Below, piece by piece: positions 19,681 through 29,957 of a stretch of 64,000 nt of DNA. The number at the start of each line of letters is the position of its first letter. Positions within the stretch are counted from its first letter, which is position 1. The translations under genes and the position numbers were made by a program. Origin of the DNA: a virus (Duplodnaviria > Caudoviricetes); IMG/VR virus record IMGVR_UViG_3300028887_000104, positions 1-64,000 of that record; one strand, 5' to 3'. The notes beneath the pieces were generated by a model. It did not search any database. It was not told the DNA's origin and was given only the letters and a program-made list of their open reading frames with translations.

Positions 19681-21018
19681 ATGGCAGGGAAAAATACAAG
19701 GCTGATAATTGAACTGAACGACGGCATTGGAGTGATTGACGGACTGGAAGCAATTCTGAACGCGATGAAGGACCTGGACACGCATGGTGAGATGGCCGGT
19801 GGCAATGTGATTGAGTGGGATCTGTCGAAGAATGTACCCGGGTTCAACATTAAAATGCGTGACGAATGCGTTGGCGTTCCTATGAAATATATAGTTTGGA
19901 AAGCAAAGCGTACACGCAAGTCCCCCACCCCGGTCAGTGAAGTGCAGTGATTTTCGGAAAATGCGGTTTTGAAAAATCCAGAAAAAACAAAAAAGGAGGG
20001 TTCTGTATGAAACGGTTGGTAAGTATCCTGTTGGCGGTGGTGCTGGTTTTCGGAATGGCAAGTTCCGCGATGGCGAGTGATGAAAAAGATCTGGCTGAAA
20101 ATATCCTTAATTACAGTGTAGGGATGTTGAAGATGTATAAGATGATGTACGAAACATTTGGCGATATGATGGGTGATACGTACATACGGAACGCTTACGC
20201 GTATTTAATGATGGCATATGGCGCTTATGCTGTGAAAACTGCTGAACTCGCTGACGCGTTGAAAGCGAGTGCCATTAAAGTAAATGAGGAAACCTACAAG
20301 CTTTGTGGAGACACGGACATATTGATTATAGCGATGCATGATGTTGTATCGCGTGCGGACCAGGCGTATGCGGATTACTATGGCGGGAAGATCACGAGGG
20401 AGGAGTTTCTGAAGACGCTGATGGAGCGGGTTGACCGTGTTATCAGCATGATCGACAGCGCGAACCAATACATGGAAGAGTACAAGAACGGAGGGAACTG
20501 ATGTTTACGATTCTGGTGATCCTGCTGGCGGCGTTCCTGATCTACGTCGGCGGCGGTAACGGTGAGTTGGGTGTTGTCGCGGTAGCTGTGGTTCTCGGAT
20601 TGCTGTTGCTGGGGTTGATTTCAGGTGCGAAGCAGGAGAACAGAGCTTATGGGAACTTTGTAGACTACTGGGCGAAGGGCGGACCGGAGAGTAACCGACG
20701 GCACCAGAGTAACCGGAGACGGTAAGGAACGGATTTAAGACGCAATATTGCGGGAATGAGGCTGTTTAAGCGGCCTTGTTCCCGTTTTTTGTTTGGGAGG
20801 AATGTGATATGGCCAGGATGATTGAGGATGCAAAGGTTGAAGTGACATGGGGAGATGGAAGAAAGGTGCAGATTGGAACGATTCATATTGAAAGCGAATC
20901 GAAGGACACGGTCCGGATCAGGACGAATGTGTCACGGTTGCGGATCGGGTGGAGTTTTGTGCGATTAGGGCTGAGTATTATGAAGCGTGGCACCTGCCGG
21001 ATGAAGGACGGTGTGTGA
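19681..21018 (+). CDS. hypothetical (19681-19950), secreted protein (20007-20501), membrane protein (20501-20725), hypothetical (20809-21018)
   Basis: Signal peptide MKRLVSILLAVVLVFGMASSAMA; two hydrophobic helices in 20501-20725. Confidence 0.6.
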
Positions 21019-22660
21019 TTCTGTGAACGAGCTTGAACTGATCCGGAAGAGCATAGAGCGCAGGCCGAACGACCCTGGCATATACCGGGATGCTGTGGCG
21101 ATCATATATGATGAGATTCAGCGGAACGGAAGCCTGGAAGCAAAGTGCTTGAATCGTGTGGTCCGGAACAGGATCCAGAAGGCGATCCGGGCGTGCACGG
21201 ATGTACGCGTGGCGGAGTCGCTGAATGATACGTATTATAAAAGCTTGCTGATGGACGCCAGGGTGGATTTCGACGCGTATTGCCAATACATGGAAAAGAA
21301 CCGGGACCCGAGGAAGCGGTTCTACCTGCCAAGGCGGAAGCAGCTGTTGCCGGTGGTGAAAAGTTTACAGAAACTGATGGATGATGAGCTTGATCTGCTT
21401 GGGATTAGTCTCCCGCCCGGAGTCGGGAAAACGACGCTGGCGATATTTTTGCTGACGTGGGTAGCGGGACGGTGGCCTGAAGAGCCGAATTTGACCGGAA
21501 GCCACAGCAACGCGTTTGTAAGGGGCGTGTATGATGAATGTCTGCGGGTGTTTGATAAGAACGGGGAATATCTGTGGCATGACGTGTTTCCGGAAGTGAG
21601 TGTATCGAACACGAACGCGAAGGATTACCGGATTGACGTAGGCAAACGGAAACGTTTTGAAACACTGGAGTTTACGTCAATTGGCAGCGGGAATGCCGGT
21701 CTGTACCGGGCCGGGAGGCTTCTGTACTGTGATGATCTGATCAGCGGACTGGAGATCGCGCTGAGTAAGGATCGGTTGGATAAGCTGTGGGAGACGTATA
21801 CAACAGACCTGCGACAGCGGAAGATCGGCGATCACTGTAAGGAATTACATATAGCAACAAGGTGGTCTGTGAATGATGTAATCGGAAGGCTTGAGCGTCA
21901 GTATGAAGGCTCGGATCGGGCGGAGTTTATTGCGGTTCCGGCGCTAAATGCGGAAGATGAAAGCAATTTTGACTACATGTACGGTGTTGGTTTCAGCACG
22001 GCGTTCTATCATGAGCAGCGGGAAGTCATGGACGATGCCAGCTGGAAAGCACTGTATATGAATCAACCGATTGAAAGAGAAGGATTGCTGTATGATGCAA
22101 AAGAATTGAGAAGGTATTTTGAATTGCCGGATACGGAGCCTGACGCAATTATTTGTGCATGTGATACAAAAGACCGTGGTACAGACTATTGCGTTATGCC
22201 GATAGCGTATCAGTACGGGAAGGATTACTATATTGAGGATGTTGTATGCGATAATAGCAATCCGGAGATTGTAGAGCCTCGCCTGGCACAGAAATGCGTA
22301 AAGCACAAAGTACACTTTGGTCGGTTCGAATCAAACAGCGCTGGTGGAAGAGTTGCACAGGCGGTGCAGGAGATGATCAAAGCGCAAGGTGGGAGAACAA
22401 AACTAACGACAAAGTTTACTACACAACAAAAAGAGACGAAGATCATTATGGCGAGTCCGTTTGTGAAAGAACACTTCATATTTAAAGACGACAGCGTAAT
22501 TAAGGATAAAGAATACCGAAAATTCCTAAACTTCCTTTGTTCGTATACAATGGCAGGCCGTAACAAATTCGATGACGTTCCGGACAGCATAAGTATGTTA
22601 GCAGATTATGCGCAGACATTCATATCTGGACAGGTTCAGGTTTTCGCAAGACCGTTTTAA
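21011..22660 (+). CDS. terL: terminase large subunit
   Basis: Walker A LPPGVGKT, YCDD, nuclease CDTKD..D and FDDVPDS. Confidence 0.95.
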   Translation: MCDSVNELELIRKSIERRPNDPGIYRDAVAIIYDEIQRNGSLEAKCLNRVVRNRIQKAIRACTDVRVAESLNDTYYKSLLMDARVDFDAYCQYMEKNRDPRKRFYLPRRKQLLPVVKSLQKLMDDELDLLGISLPPGVGKTTLAIFLLTWVAGRWPEEPNLTGSHSNAFVRGVYDECLRVFDKNGEYLWHDVFPEVSVSNTNAKDYRIDVGKRKRFETLEFTSIGSGNAGLYRAGRLLYCDDLISGLEIALSKDRLDKLWETYTTDLRQRKIGDHCKELHIATRWSVNDVIGRLERQYEGSDRAEFIAVPALNAEDESNFDYMYGVGFSTAFYHEQREVMDDASWKALYMNQPIEREGLLYDAKELRRYFELPDTEPDAIICACDTKDRGTDYCVMPIAYQYGKDYYIEDVVCDNSNPEIVEPRLAQKCVKHKVHFGRFESNSAGGRVAQAVQEMIKAQGGRTKLTTKFTTQQKETKIIMASPFVKEHFIFKDDSVIKDKEYRKFLNFLCSYTMAGRNKFDDVPDSISMLADYAQTFISGQVQVFARPF

Positions 22661-22672
22661 AGGAGAAAAAGC

Positions 22673-23272
22673 ATGAGCGATAACAGGCATCGTACCGCAT
22701 GGAATAAAAGACATGGCGAAAGTCATACACCACTTCATAATATCTGGTGCGGAATGAATAACAGGTGCAATCCAAAGCATAAAAACTCAGAAGAATACGG
22801 AAAAAGAGGAATAATTGTTTGCGATGAATGGAAATCATACGAGATGTTTGCAAAGTGGGCCAAAGAAAATGGATATGAACCAGGTCTAACGATTGAGAGA
22901 ATCGATGTGAACGGGAATTACTGTCCGGAAAACTGCACATGGATTCCGTTATCAAAGCAGGCGCGGAACAGAAGAACAACAGCATGGGTGACATATAATG
23001 GAAGACAAATGTCACTTGCGGAAGCCAGCGAGATTGCCGGATTGCCTTACAAACAGGTATGGTTCAGGATTCATGTGTCTGGATGGACGTTTGAAAAAGC
23101 AATATCAACTCCGCTTGGGGCAGATTTGGGTCAAAGAGAATCGTCGCATGTGTGTGTTATATGTGGGAAAGAGTTTGTGTCACATAGTTGCAGAAGTAAA
23201 TATTGCTCTTTGACTTGTTATAGAGAGTACAAAAATGCAATGCGCAGAAAATCTTCTTTAATTTTGTCATAA
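22673..23272 (+). CDS. HNH homing endonuclease
   Basis: IW.GM..RC..RGI.VCDEW..LTIERIDVNGNYCPENC.W..QARN; C-terminal Cys ribbon. Confidence 0.85.
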   Translation: MSDNRHRTAWNKRHGESHTPLHNIWCGMNNRCNPKHKNSEEYGKRGIIVCDEWKSYEMFAKWAKENGYEPGLTIERIDVNGNYCPENCTWIPLSKQARNRRTTAWVTYNGRQMSLAEASEIAGLPYKQVWFRIHVSGWTFEKAISTPLGADLGQRESSHVCVICGKEFVSHSCRSKYCSLTCYREYKNAMRRKSSLILS

Positions 23273-23308
23273 TTATTACTATTTGTTATGATGTTACCAC
23301 GAAAAGCA

Positions 23309-23337
23309 TTGACAAGACGCAATATGTTTGATATATT
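23309..23337 (+). promoter_or_regulatory. promoter of the head operon
   Basis: TTGACA-17-TATATT with extended TG. Confidence 0.7.
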
Positions 23338-23493
23338 TTAGTCAGGAATCCATGTCCGTTTATTTTCGTGACCATAAAATTTTTATCGGTCGCGGGGTAT
23401 TGTCACAGCGGGCATGAACCGAAAAGACGCTGAACGGCGAGAAATCGTGTGTTCAGCGTCTTTTCATAAGGCGCAGCGGAAAGGAGGATCCGG

Positions 23494-25239
23494 ATGGGAG
23501 TCAGTCTTGAAAAGTACGATGTGACTACGGTTGACGGATATGATCCGGCGTTCTCCAAGACGCTGCATGGCCGGCGCGTGATTTATTCCGGTGAGAAGGA
23601 AATCACCCGGGATAACGTGATTGACGTGCTCCAGAAAGCGCTTGCGACGCACGAGATCAACCGGCGAGAGATTATTTATCTCCGGAAGTACGAGCGCGGA
23701 ATCATGCCAATTCTGGAGCGGAACAAAGTTTATCACACCGAGATCAACAACAAGGTCGTCATTAATATCCCCAACCAGATCGTGACGTTCAAAAGCGCCG
23801 AGTTTGCCGGGGAACCGATTCAGTACATCAGCCGTCGCGGTAATAAGTCTGTTGAGGACGAGAACAAGGAAATTCCGAAGAAGGTTTCCCAGATCAATGA
23901 CATGATGATCTCGGAAGGCAAGCGCGCGATTGACTATACGATGGCGTACCAGATGTTTACGTGCGGTATGGCGTACCGGCTGACGTATCACGACGAAAAG
24001 TCAGCGAGTGAGTATCTGGATGAGGCACCGTTTGAGATCGCGAATCCCGACCCGGAGAATACGTTCATCGTGTATCGGAACGACGTGCGGAAGAGCGTGC
24101 TGATGGGCGTGACCTATGTGTATAAGGATCCGCCCATGAACCAGGTGGAGTACACGGTGTACACGCCGAACGTGACGTACACGATTGAAGGATTGCCGCT
24201 GCTGAACGGTACCGGCGGACTGGAGATCACGAACGAGGTTCATCATAACTTCGGAATGGTCAGTTTGATTGAGTATCCGTGTAATCCGGACCGGATCGGC
24301 GCGTTTGAAGTGGTTATCGACCTGATCGATTCCATGTGCCTTGCGTTAAGCAACCAGATGGACGGCCTGGAACAGTTCATTCAGGCGCTGATGGTGTTTG
24401 ACGGCGTGGATATCAGCCGGGAAGACTTCCTGGAACTGAAGGACCTCGGCGCGATCAAACTCCCCGCCTCCCCCGCCGGAAGCACAAGTGGGAAAAAGCT
24501 GTACTACCTGAATGAGCAGCTCGACCAGACGCAGACGAACAGCCTTGTGGACAGCATGAAACAGATGATCCTGGAGATTGTCGGCATGCCTGGGCAGGGC
24601 AACGCGAGCACGGGCGACAGCAGTAATAACGGCGCTGTGATTCTCCGGAACGGCTGGTGGCATGCGGAGAGCCGCTCGCTTCAGACGCAGGCGATGTGGG
24701 AAAAGGCCGAAATGGAGTTTCTGAAGGTCATCCTGAAGATCTGCGCGGACACGAACACGCTGACCGGATTGAAAGTAAGCGATCTGGAGCCTCGGTTCCT
24801 GCGGCAGAGTTATGAAGACCTGCTGGTGAAGACACAGAGCTTTACGACACTGCGGACGGCTGGTATGCCGGCAATCCAGGCGTTCAAGTTCAGCCATCTG
24901 AGCACTGATCCTGAAAGCGACGCCATTATTTATGACGATTATCAGGAGATGCTTGCACAGGAACTGGATCGGCTGAACGGTGTCGCGGAGACACTGGCAC
25001 AGGCGAAAGCGGCGGCTGAAGAGGTTCCGCTGAAGGATGATGAGACGCTGAACCCGACTGAACCGGATAATATTCAGGCTCAGGCAAAAGCGCAGGGAAG
25101 CGGAAACAGCGGGAAAGGCTCGTACGCGATCTGCCCGGTGTGCGGAAAGCGGTTCGTGAAGAAGGAAGCGAATCAGGTGTATGACAGCCTGTCCTGCGCG
25201 AACCGTGGACGGCGGAGCACGCCGAGATACGGAGTGTAA
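23494..25239 (+). CDS. portal protein (SPP1 gp6-like)
   Basis: Position after terL; NKVVINIPNQIVTF and RIGAFEVVIDLID segments. Confidence 0.85.
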   Translation: MGVSLEKYDVTTVDGYDPAFSKTLHGRRVIYSGEKEITRDNVIDVLQKALATHEINRREIIYLRKYERGIMPILERNKVYHTEINNKVVINIPNQIVTFKSAEFAGEPIQYISRRGNKSVEDENKEIPKKVSQINDMMISEGKRAIDYTMAYQMFTCGMAYRLTYHDEKSASEYLDEAPFEIANPDPENTFIVYRNDVRKSVLMGVTYVYKDPPMNQVEYTVYTPNVTYTIEGLPLLNGTGGLEITNEVHHNFGMVSLIEYPCNPDRIGAFEVVIDLIDSMCLALSNQMDGLEQFIQALMVFDGVDISREDFLELKDLGAIKLPASPAGSTSGKKLYYLNEQLDQTQTNSLVDSMKQMILEIVGMPGQGNASTGDSSNNGAVILRNGWWHAESRSLQTQAMWEKAEMEFLKVILKICADTNTLTGLKVSDLEPRFLRQSYEDLLVKTQSFTTLRTAGMPAIQAFKFSHLSTDPESDAIIYDDYQEMLAQELDRLNGVAETLAQAKAAAEEVPLKDDETLNPTEPDNIQAQAKAQGSGNSGKGSYAICPVCGKRFVKKEANQVYDSLSCANRGRRSTPRYGV

Positions 25240-25242
25240 GCC

Positions 25243-25914
25243 ATGGATGTGAGGAAGGTTGACTACTACGGAGCATGCGACAATGCCATCAAATCCATGA
25301 ACCGCAGCAACCTGGAAGCATTCGGGCGGCTGAAGATGGCAAAGTGGGACGAGATTAACGTCATCCAGACTGTAAAGCGGGTATATCAAAAGAGCGAAAA
25401 AGAGGCCCGCAGACGGTACTACGAGGTGTCATTTGAAGCGTACCTGATGATGTTGGCCCTGTGCGACATCGACCCCCGCAAGGCCCATCAGATGGCCGAA
25501 GAGACCATTACGGAGGCATGGGTCGCAGACGTACTGAAGCAGACGGACTTCGTTACACTGTATCGGTTCGATACGGAAACGGAGCGCAAGGCGTACCGGC
25601 TGGCAGAAGCACTGGAAGCAACGGACGACCGGGATACGGAGATCAATAAAGCGCTCCGGTTCTGGAGTCAGCAGCTTGGGCAGTACGCGATCAACATGAC
25701 GGACTACGCAATGCTGGCGGCGATGGATGATGCGGGGATCGAGTTCGCCGAGTGGGTCACGATGGAAGACGAAAAGGTTTGCCATGAGTGCCGGATCCTT
25801 GACGGGCAGGTGTTCCGGGTGGATGAGTTTCCGAGCAAACCGCATTGGGGATGCAGGTGCAGAATGCGCCCGGTCTTTCGGAACAGCAAAGATCAGGAAG
25901 CTGAGACGGCTTAG
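25243..25914 (+). CDS. minor head protein (Mu F / SPP1 gp7-like)
   Basis: WVTMEDEKVCHEC..HWGCRC. Confidence 0.85.
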   Translation: MDVRKVDYYGACDNAIKSMNRSNLEAFGRLKMAKWDEINVIQTVKRVYQKSEKEARRRYYEVSFEAYLMMLALCDIDPRKAHQMAEETITEAWVADVLKQTDFVTLYRFDTETERKAYRLAEALEATDDRDTEINKALRFWSQQLGQYAINMTDYAMLAAMDDAGIEFAEWVTMEDEKVCHECRILDGQVFRVDEFPSKPHWGCRCRMRPVFRNSKDQEAETA

Positions 25915-26057
25915 GCCCAGGAGAGGTATTAGATGGTGAAAGCCATTTGATATAAGTCGGAGAGAAACGACGCTAAATACTCGCAAACGCTGAGAGAACA
26001 GCGTTAACAAACGCACAATAAACGGAGAGAACCGTTCAAACGCAAAGGAGAAGCATC

Positions 26058-26735
26058 ATGATCAGAAACCGAAACGGATATTGGATGAGTCCGAAATTCT
26101 TCTTCTCGCCTAACGATGGTGGCGGAGAGAGTGGAAACGGTGCGGACAGCGGTACTGGCGGTGAGAATACACCTGTTGACGACAATAAACAGAACGGTAC
26201 CGAAAAAGTGTCGGAAGATCCGAAGGAACTTATGGCTCAGATTGAGCAGCTGAAGGCCGACATAGCAAAGCAGAAGCTTGCTTTGGACTCCGCAACAAGC
26301 GAAGCCGGAAAATACCGGAAGGAGCTTCGGGCCAAGCAGACTCAGGAAGAAATCGACGCGGCAAACAAGAAGGAAGCCGAAGAAAAGGCTGCCAAGGAAC
26401 TGGAAGAACTTCGGAAGGAAGTCGCCCGGGCGAAGTCCACGAAGAGCGTGATGAGTAAGCTCAGCGTAGATGAAGACGCTGCCGGAAAGATTGCGGAATG
26501 CATGGCCGGATGCGACGACATCGAGAATGCACTGCTGCTGATCAGGCAGGCGTGGGAAGCCAGGGAAAAGGCGCTTCGGCTTGAGTTCGGAAAGATTCCG
26601 GGACCCGGGACCGGCGGAAGCAGTGAAGAGGACGCCGAGGAAAAGGCGGCGCTTGAGATTGCGAGACGGCTTGGAAAGAACCGCGCCGACGCAGACAAAT
26701 CCGTTGTGGACGGTCTGAAAGGGTACATCCGGTAA
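26058..26735 (+). CDS. capsid scaffolding protein
   Basis: Acidic/Gly N-terminus, coiled coil, position. Confidence 0.75.
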   Translation: MIRNRNGYWMSPKFFFSPNDGGGESGNGADSGTGGENTPVDDNKQNGTEKVSEDPKELMAQIEQLKADIAKQKLALDSATSEAGKYRKELRAKQTQEEIDAANKKEAEEKAAKELEELRKEVARAKSTKSVMSKLSVDEDAAGKIAECMAGCDDIENALLLIRQAWEAREKALRLEFGKIPGPGTGGSSEEDAEEKAALEIARRLGKNRADADKSVVDGLKGYIR

Positions 26736-26807
26736 AGCTGGAAGGTTCAGCCTGAAGGCTTGAACCGATGGACAATATTAAACTCTTTTGAAAGGAGAGA
26801 AACCCAC

Positions 26808-27176
26808 ATGAAGTATAGTCAGACGACTGTTGGCGGCGGTGTTGAAATCCTCGCCAGCAAGGACTACCAGGCGATTCCCGTGAATGTGGCCGGGTCCACC
26901 AAGCTGAAGGCTGGTACCCCGATCACGGCTGCCGGCGAAAGCACCACCGGTTCCGGCGCTATCGGCATCCTGCTGTATGACGTGGATCCCACCGAGAATC
27001 CGAACGGCGCGGCTGTGGTGCAGGGCATCATCAACGCGACCGTGGCGCAGGCCCACAGCGAAGTCTCTTACGTGGATGCGCTGTATTCCGCGCTGCCCGG
27101 GATCATCTTCCGGACCAACATCGGTGTGAACGGCGCTACCGGCGCTACCGGCGCTACCGGAAGCACGGGTGCCTGA
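26808..27176 (+). CDS. head decoration protein with C-terminal (GAT)3GSTGA tail
   Basis: AIGILLYDVD..AAVVQG.IN pattern; GGCGCTACC x3 at 27132-27158. Confidence 0.75.
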   Translation: MKYSQTTVGGGVEILASKDYQAIPVNVAGSTKLKAGTPITAAGESTTGSGAIGILLYDVDPTENPNGAAVVQGIINATVAQAHSEVSYVDALYSALPGIIFRTNIGVNGATGATGATGSTGA

Positions 27177-28120
27177 TGAACAAAGTACTGTTTGCCAGTA
27201 CGAAGCCGTTTGACCGGGCGGAAAACATCCGAACGGTATACGAAGCGTACGACGGTCCGAAAGATTTCGCGCAGGTGAACGGATGCAGAAGGCATCCGGC
27301 GATCCGTTCCGGAGCGTATGACCTGATGGTGATTGACGAGTTTCCGACGGAAACGCCCGGGAAGTGCATCATGATCTGGCATGCGATTCAGGGCGGAAAG
27401 ACCATCGGACTGGATCAGCCGCATCCGTACTACGCGGAATGGCAGGCTCCGCTGATGACATTCATCATCACAAGCGGAACCGAGGCTGTCCGAATGTTCG
27501 CACAGTGCAGCGGGCTTCCAAAGGAACGCGTGCTGCCTCTGGGAATGCCGAGGACAGATACGTACATCGGGAAAAAGAAGGGCGACGGGCAAACAGGCTT
27601 TGCATCAAAGCGCATGTGGCTGTATGCGCCAACATTCCGGAGCAGAGAAGAAACGCCGTTTCCGGAGATCGACTGGGAATGGCTTGACAGCCGGATGAAT
27701 GATGACGAACTGATCGTCGTAAAGGCCCATACCATGACGGACGGACGATTCCTGAACGGAACGTACCGGCACATTGTGGAAGTGGACGCGTACGAACCGA
27801 CAGCGCCGTACCTGTACGACTGCGATGCGGTGATTACGGACTACAGTTCAGTGATCTTCGACGGATATCTGCTCGGAAAGCCTGCGGTACTGTTTGAGAA
27901 ACGCAAAGGGTACCTGGAGACGCGGGGCATGTACCTGGATTATCCGTGGCAGTACTGTTCGCGGTACTGTGCGGATGAGGAAGGCCTCCTGTATCACCTG
28001 CGTCAGGCGAACGGACTGCGGGAAACAGAAATGGAGTGCCTCCGTCTGGTGGCTGACGCCTGCGACGGACACGCCACGGAACGAACATGTTCCCTGATCA
28101 GGCAACTGGCAGGGCATTAA
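27176..28120 (+). CDS. CDP-glycerol glycerophosphotransferase (TagB/TagF-like)
   Basis: LGMPRTD, WLYAPTFR, DAVITDYSSVIFDGYLLGKPAVLF; translationally coupled (TGATG). Confidence 0.85.
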   Translation: MNKVLFASTKPFDRAENIRTVYEAYDGPKDFAQVNGCRRHPAIRSGAYDLMVIDEFPTETPGKCIMIWHAIQGGKTIGLDQPHPYYAEWQAPLMTFIITSGTEAVRMFAQCSGLPKERVLPLGMPRTDTYIGKKKGDGQTGFASKRMWLYAPTFRSREETPFPEIDWEWLDSRMNDDELIVVKAHTMTDGRFLNGTYRHIVEVDAYEPTAPYLYDCDAVITDYSSVIFDGYLLGKPAVLFEKRKGYLETRGMYLDYPWQYCSRYCADEEGLLYHLRQANGLRETEMECLRLVADACDGHATERTCSLIRQLAGH

Positions 28121-28134
28121 GATGGAGGAAGTCC

Positions 28135-28779
28135 ATGAAAATACTGATTGCCGTCCCTACATTTGAGACGATTTATCCGGACACGTACAAGTCGATCTGG
28201 GACCTGGACAAATGCGGGCATGAAGTGCTGTTCGAAAGCGTTCGCGGCTATGATGTCGCCACAGCGAGAAACCGGATTGCACAGATTGCGCTGGACCTGA
28301 ACACGGACTACGTATTGTCGGTTGACAACGATGTTACGCTGCCGAAGGACGCGCTGAAACTGCTGCTGGAAGATCCGAAGGATATCTGCATGGGGTTTTA
28401 CGCCCACCGGGATTCTGACAACATCTATCGCGGCAGAACGTGCGCGTGCAAGCTCAAGGATGAGAACGGCAAGGAGTACTACAACTATCCGCTGGAAAGC
28501 GAATACACGGCGGCTGAAATGAAAGCCATGGCGAACGCAGGGGTCACCAAGATTCCGGTTCACGGCGGCGGAATGGGATGCGCTCTGGTAAAGACAGACG
28601 TGTATCGGAAAGTGCCGTATCCATGGTACGACTGGGTAAACTACGGAGACGCAAACCGGGGAATGCTGAGTGAGGACCTTTACTTCTGCGTTCTGTGCCG
28701 GAACAGCGGATACACAATTTACACGGACGTTCGGGTCGGGTGCGCACACCTGATGCGGCATAATCAGTGGCCGGTTTAA
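28135..28779 (+). CDS. GT-A fold glycosyltransferase (GT2-like)
   Basis: KILIAVP, ARNRIA, SVDND, GMGCALV, SEDLYFC. Confidence 0.8.
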   Translation: MKILIAVPTFETIYPDTYKSIWDLDKCGHEVLFESVRGYDVATARNRIAQIALDLNTDYVLSVDNDVTLPKDALKLLLEDPKDICMGFYAHRDSDNIYRGRTCACKLKDENGKEYYNYPLESEYTAAEMKAMANAGVTKIPVHGGGMGCALVKTDVYRKVPYPWYDWVNYGDANRGMLSEDLYFCVLCRNSGYTIYTDVRVGCAHLMRHNQWPV

Positions 28780-28813
28780 CCGATGAAATAAAACACGAAA
28801 GGAGTCAAAACCT

Positions 28814-29887
28814 ATGAATCTTACTGAGTTTCGTAAGCTGGTAACCCCCAAGGTTATCGCTGCCAACTGGACCGAGGCGGTCAGTAACCGGATTCCGTAT
28901 CTGGGCGAAACCCTGTTCCCTTCCAAACAGAAGGCCGGTCTGGACCTGAAGTGGATTAAGGGAAGCAAAGGTCTGCCTGTATCCCTGATGCCCAGCGCGT
29001 TTGATGCCAAGGCCACGTTCCGTGGGCGGGAAGGCATCAAGATGCTGGAGACTGAGATGCCTTTCTTCCGGGAAGGTTTCAAGCTCAAGGAAAAGGATCG
29101 CCAGGAAATCCTGCGGATCCGCGAAAAGAATGATCCCTATCTGAACGACGCCCTGAACCGGGTGTTCGATGACGCCAGTAACCTGCTGGAAGGCGCGCTG
29201 GTCGTTGCGGAACGCGAGATCATGCAGCTGCTGTTCCCGGAGGACGGCGATGTGGGCATCACCATCGAAGCCAATGGTGTGAAGTACCTCTATGACTACG
29301 ATCCCGGCGATGCGTGGAAGACCACGAACTACTTCCCGGTTCCAAGCGATTACACCTGGGACAAGCCGAACGCAGCTGACCCGCTGACTGATATCCGGAC
29401 CGCGCAGGACGCGATTCAGGAAAAGGGCGGCAAAGGCGAACTGCTGGTCATGAACAATGCGACCTTCAAGCTGTTCCGCAGCATCAAGGCCATCAAGGAC
29501 CTGTTCCTGACCACGAACGGTCTGGCGGTTGGCTATCTGACCGACGCGCAGATCATCACCGTGCTGAAGGACGCTCTGGGCCTGGCCGGCATCGTCGTGT
29601 ACGACAAGAAGTACAAGGACGAGAGCGGCGAAACCCACAAGTTCGTTCCGGACAACTACGTGGCTGTCCTGCCGAACGGCGTTCTGGGCAACACCTGGCG
29701 CGGCACCACGCCTGAAGAAGCTGACCTGATGGGCAGCGGCAAGGCGGATGTGGCGGTCGTGAATAACGGTATCGCCCTGACCCAGATTCTGGATGAACAT
29801 CCTGTGAATCTGAACACCTTCGCGTCCGAGATCGTCCTGCCGAGCTTTGAGCGGATGGACGAGTTCGCCCTGATCAAGGTGAAGTAA
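28814..29887 (+). CDS. major capsid protein (phage capsid E-like)
   Basis: 357 aa after scaffold/decoration; LGETLFPS..GLPVSL..FDAKA pattern; strong codon bias. Confidence 0.85.
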   Translation: MNLTEFRKLVTPKVIAANWTEAVSNRIPYLGETLFPSKQKAGLDLKWIKGSKGLPVSLMPSAFDAKATFRGREGIKMLETEMPFFREGFKLKEKDRQEILRIREKNDPYLNDALNRVFDDASNLLEGALVVAEREIMQLLFPEDGDVGITIEANGVKYLYDYDPGDAWKTTNYFPVPSDYTWDKPNAADPLTDIRTAQDAIQEKGGKGELLVMNNATFKLFRSIKAIKDLFLTTNGLAVGYLTDAQIITVLKDALGLAGIVVYDKKYKDESGETHKFVPDNYVAVLPNGVLGNTWRGTTPEEADLMGSGKADVAVVNNGIALTQILDEHPVNLNTFASEIVLPSFERMDEFALIKVK

Positions 29888-29957
29888 TTTGATGCGGTTC
29901 CGGAGGATGTAATATTCATCCTCCGGGCCACAATCTCCCATGAAGGAGGAACAGACC

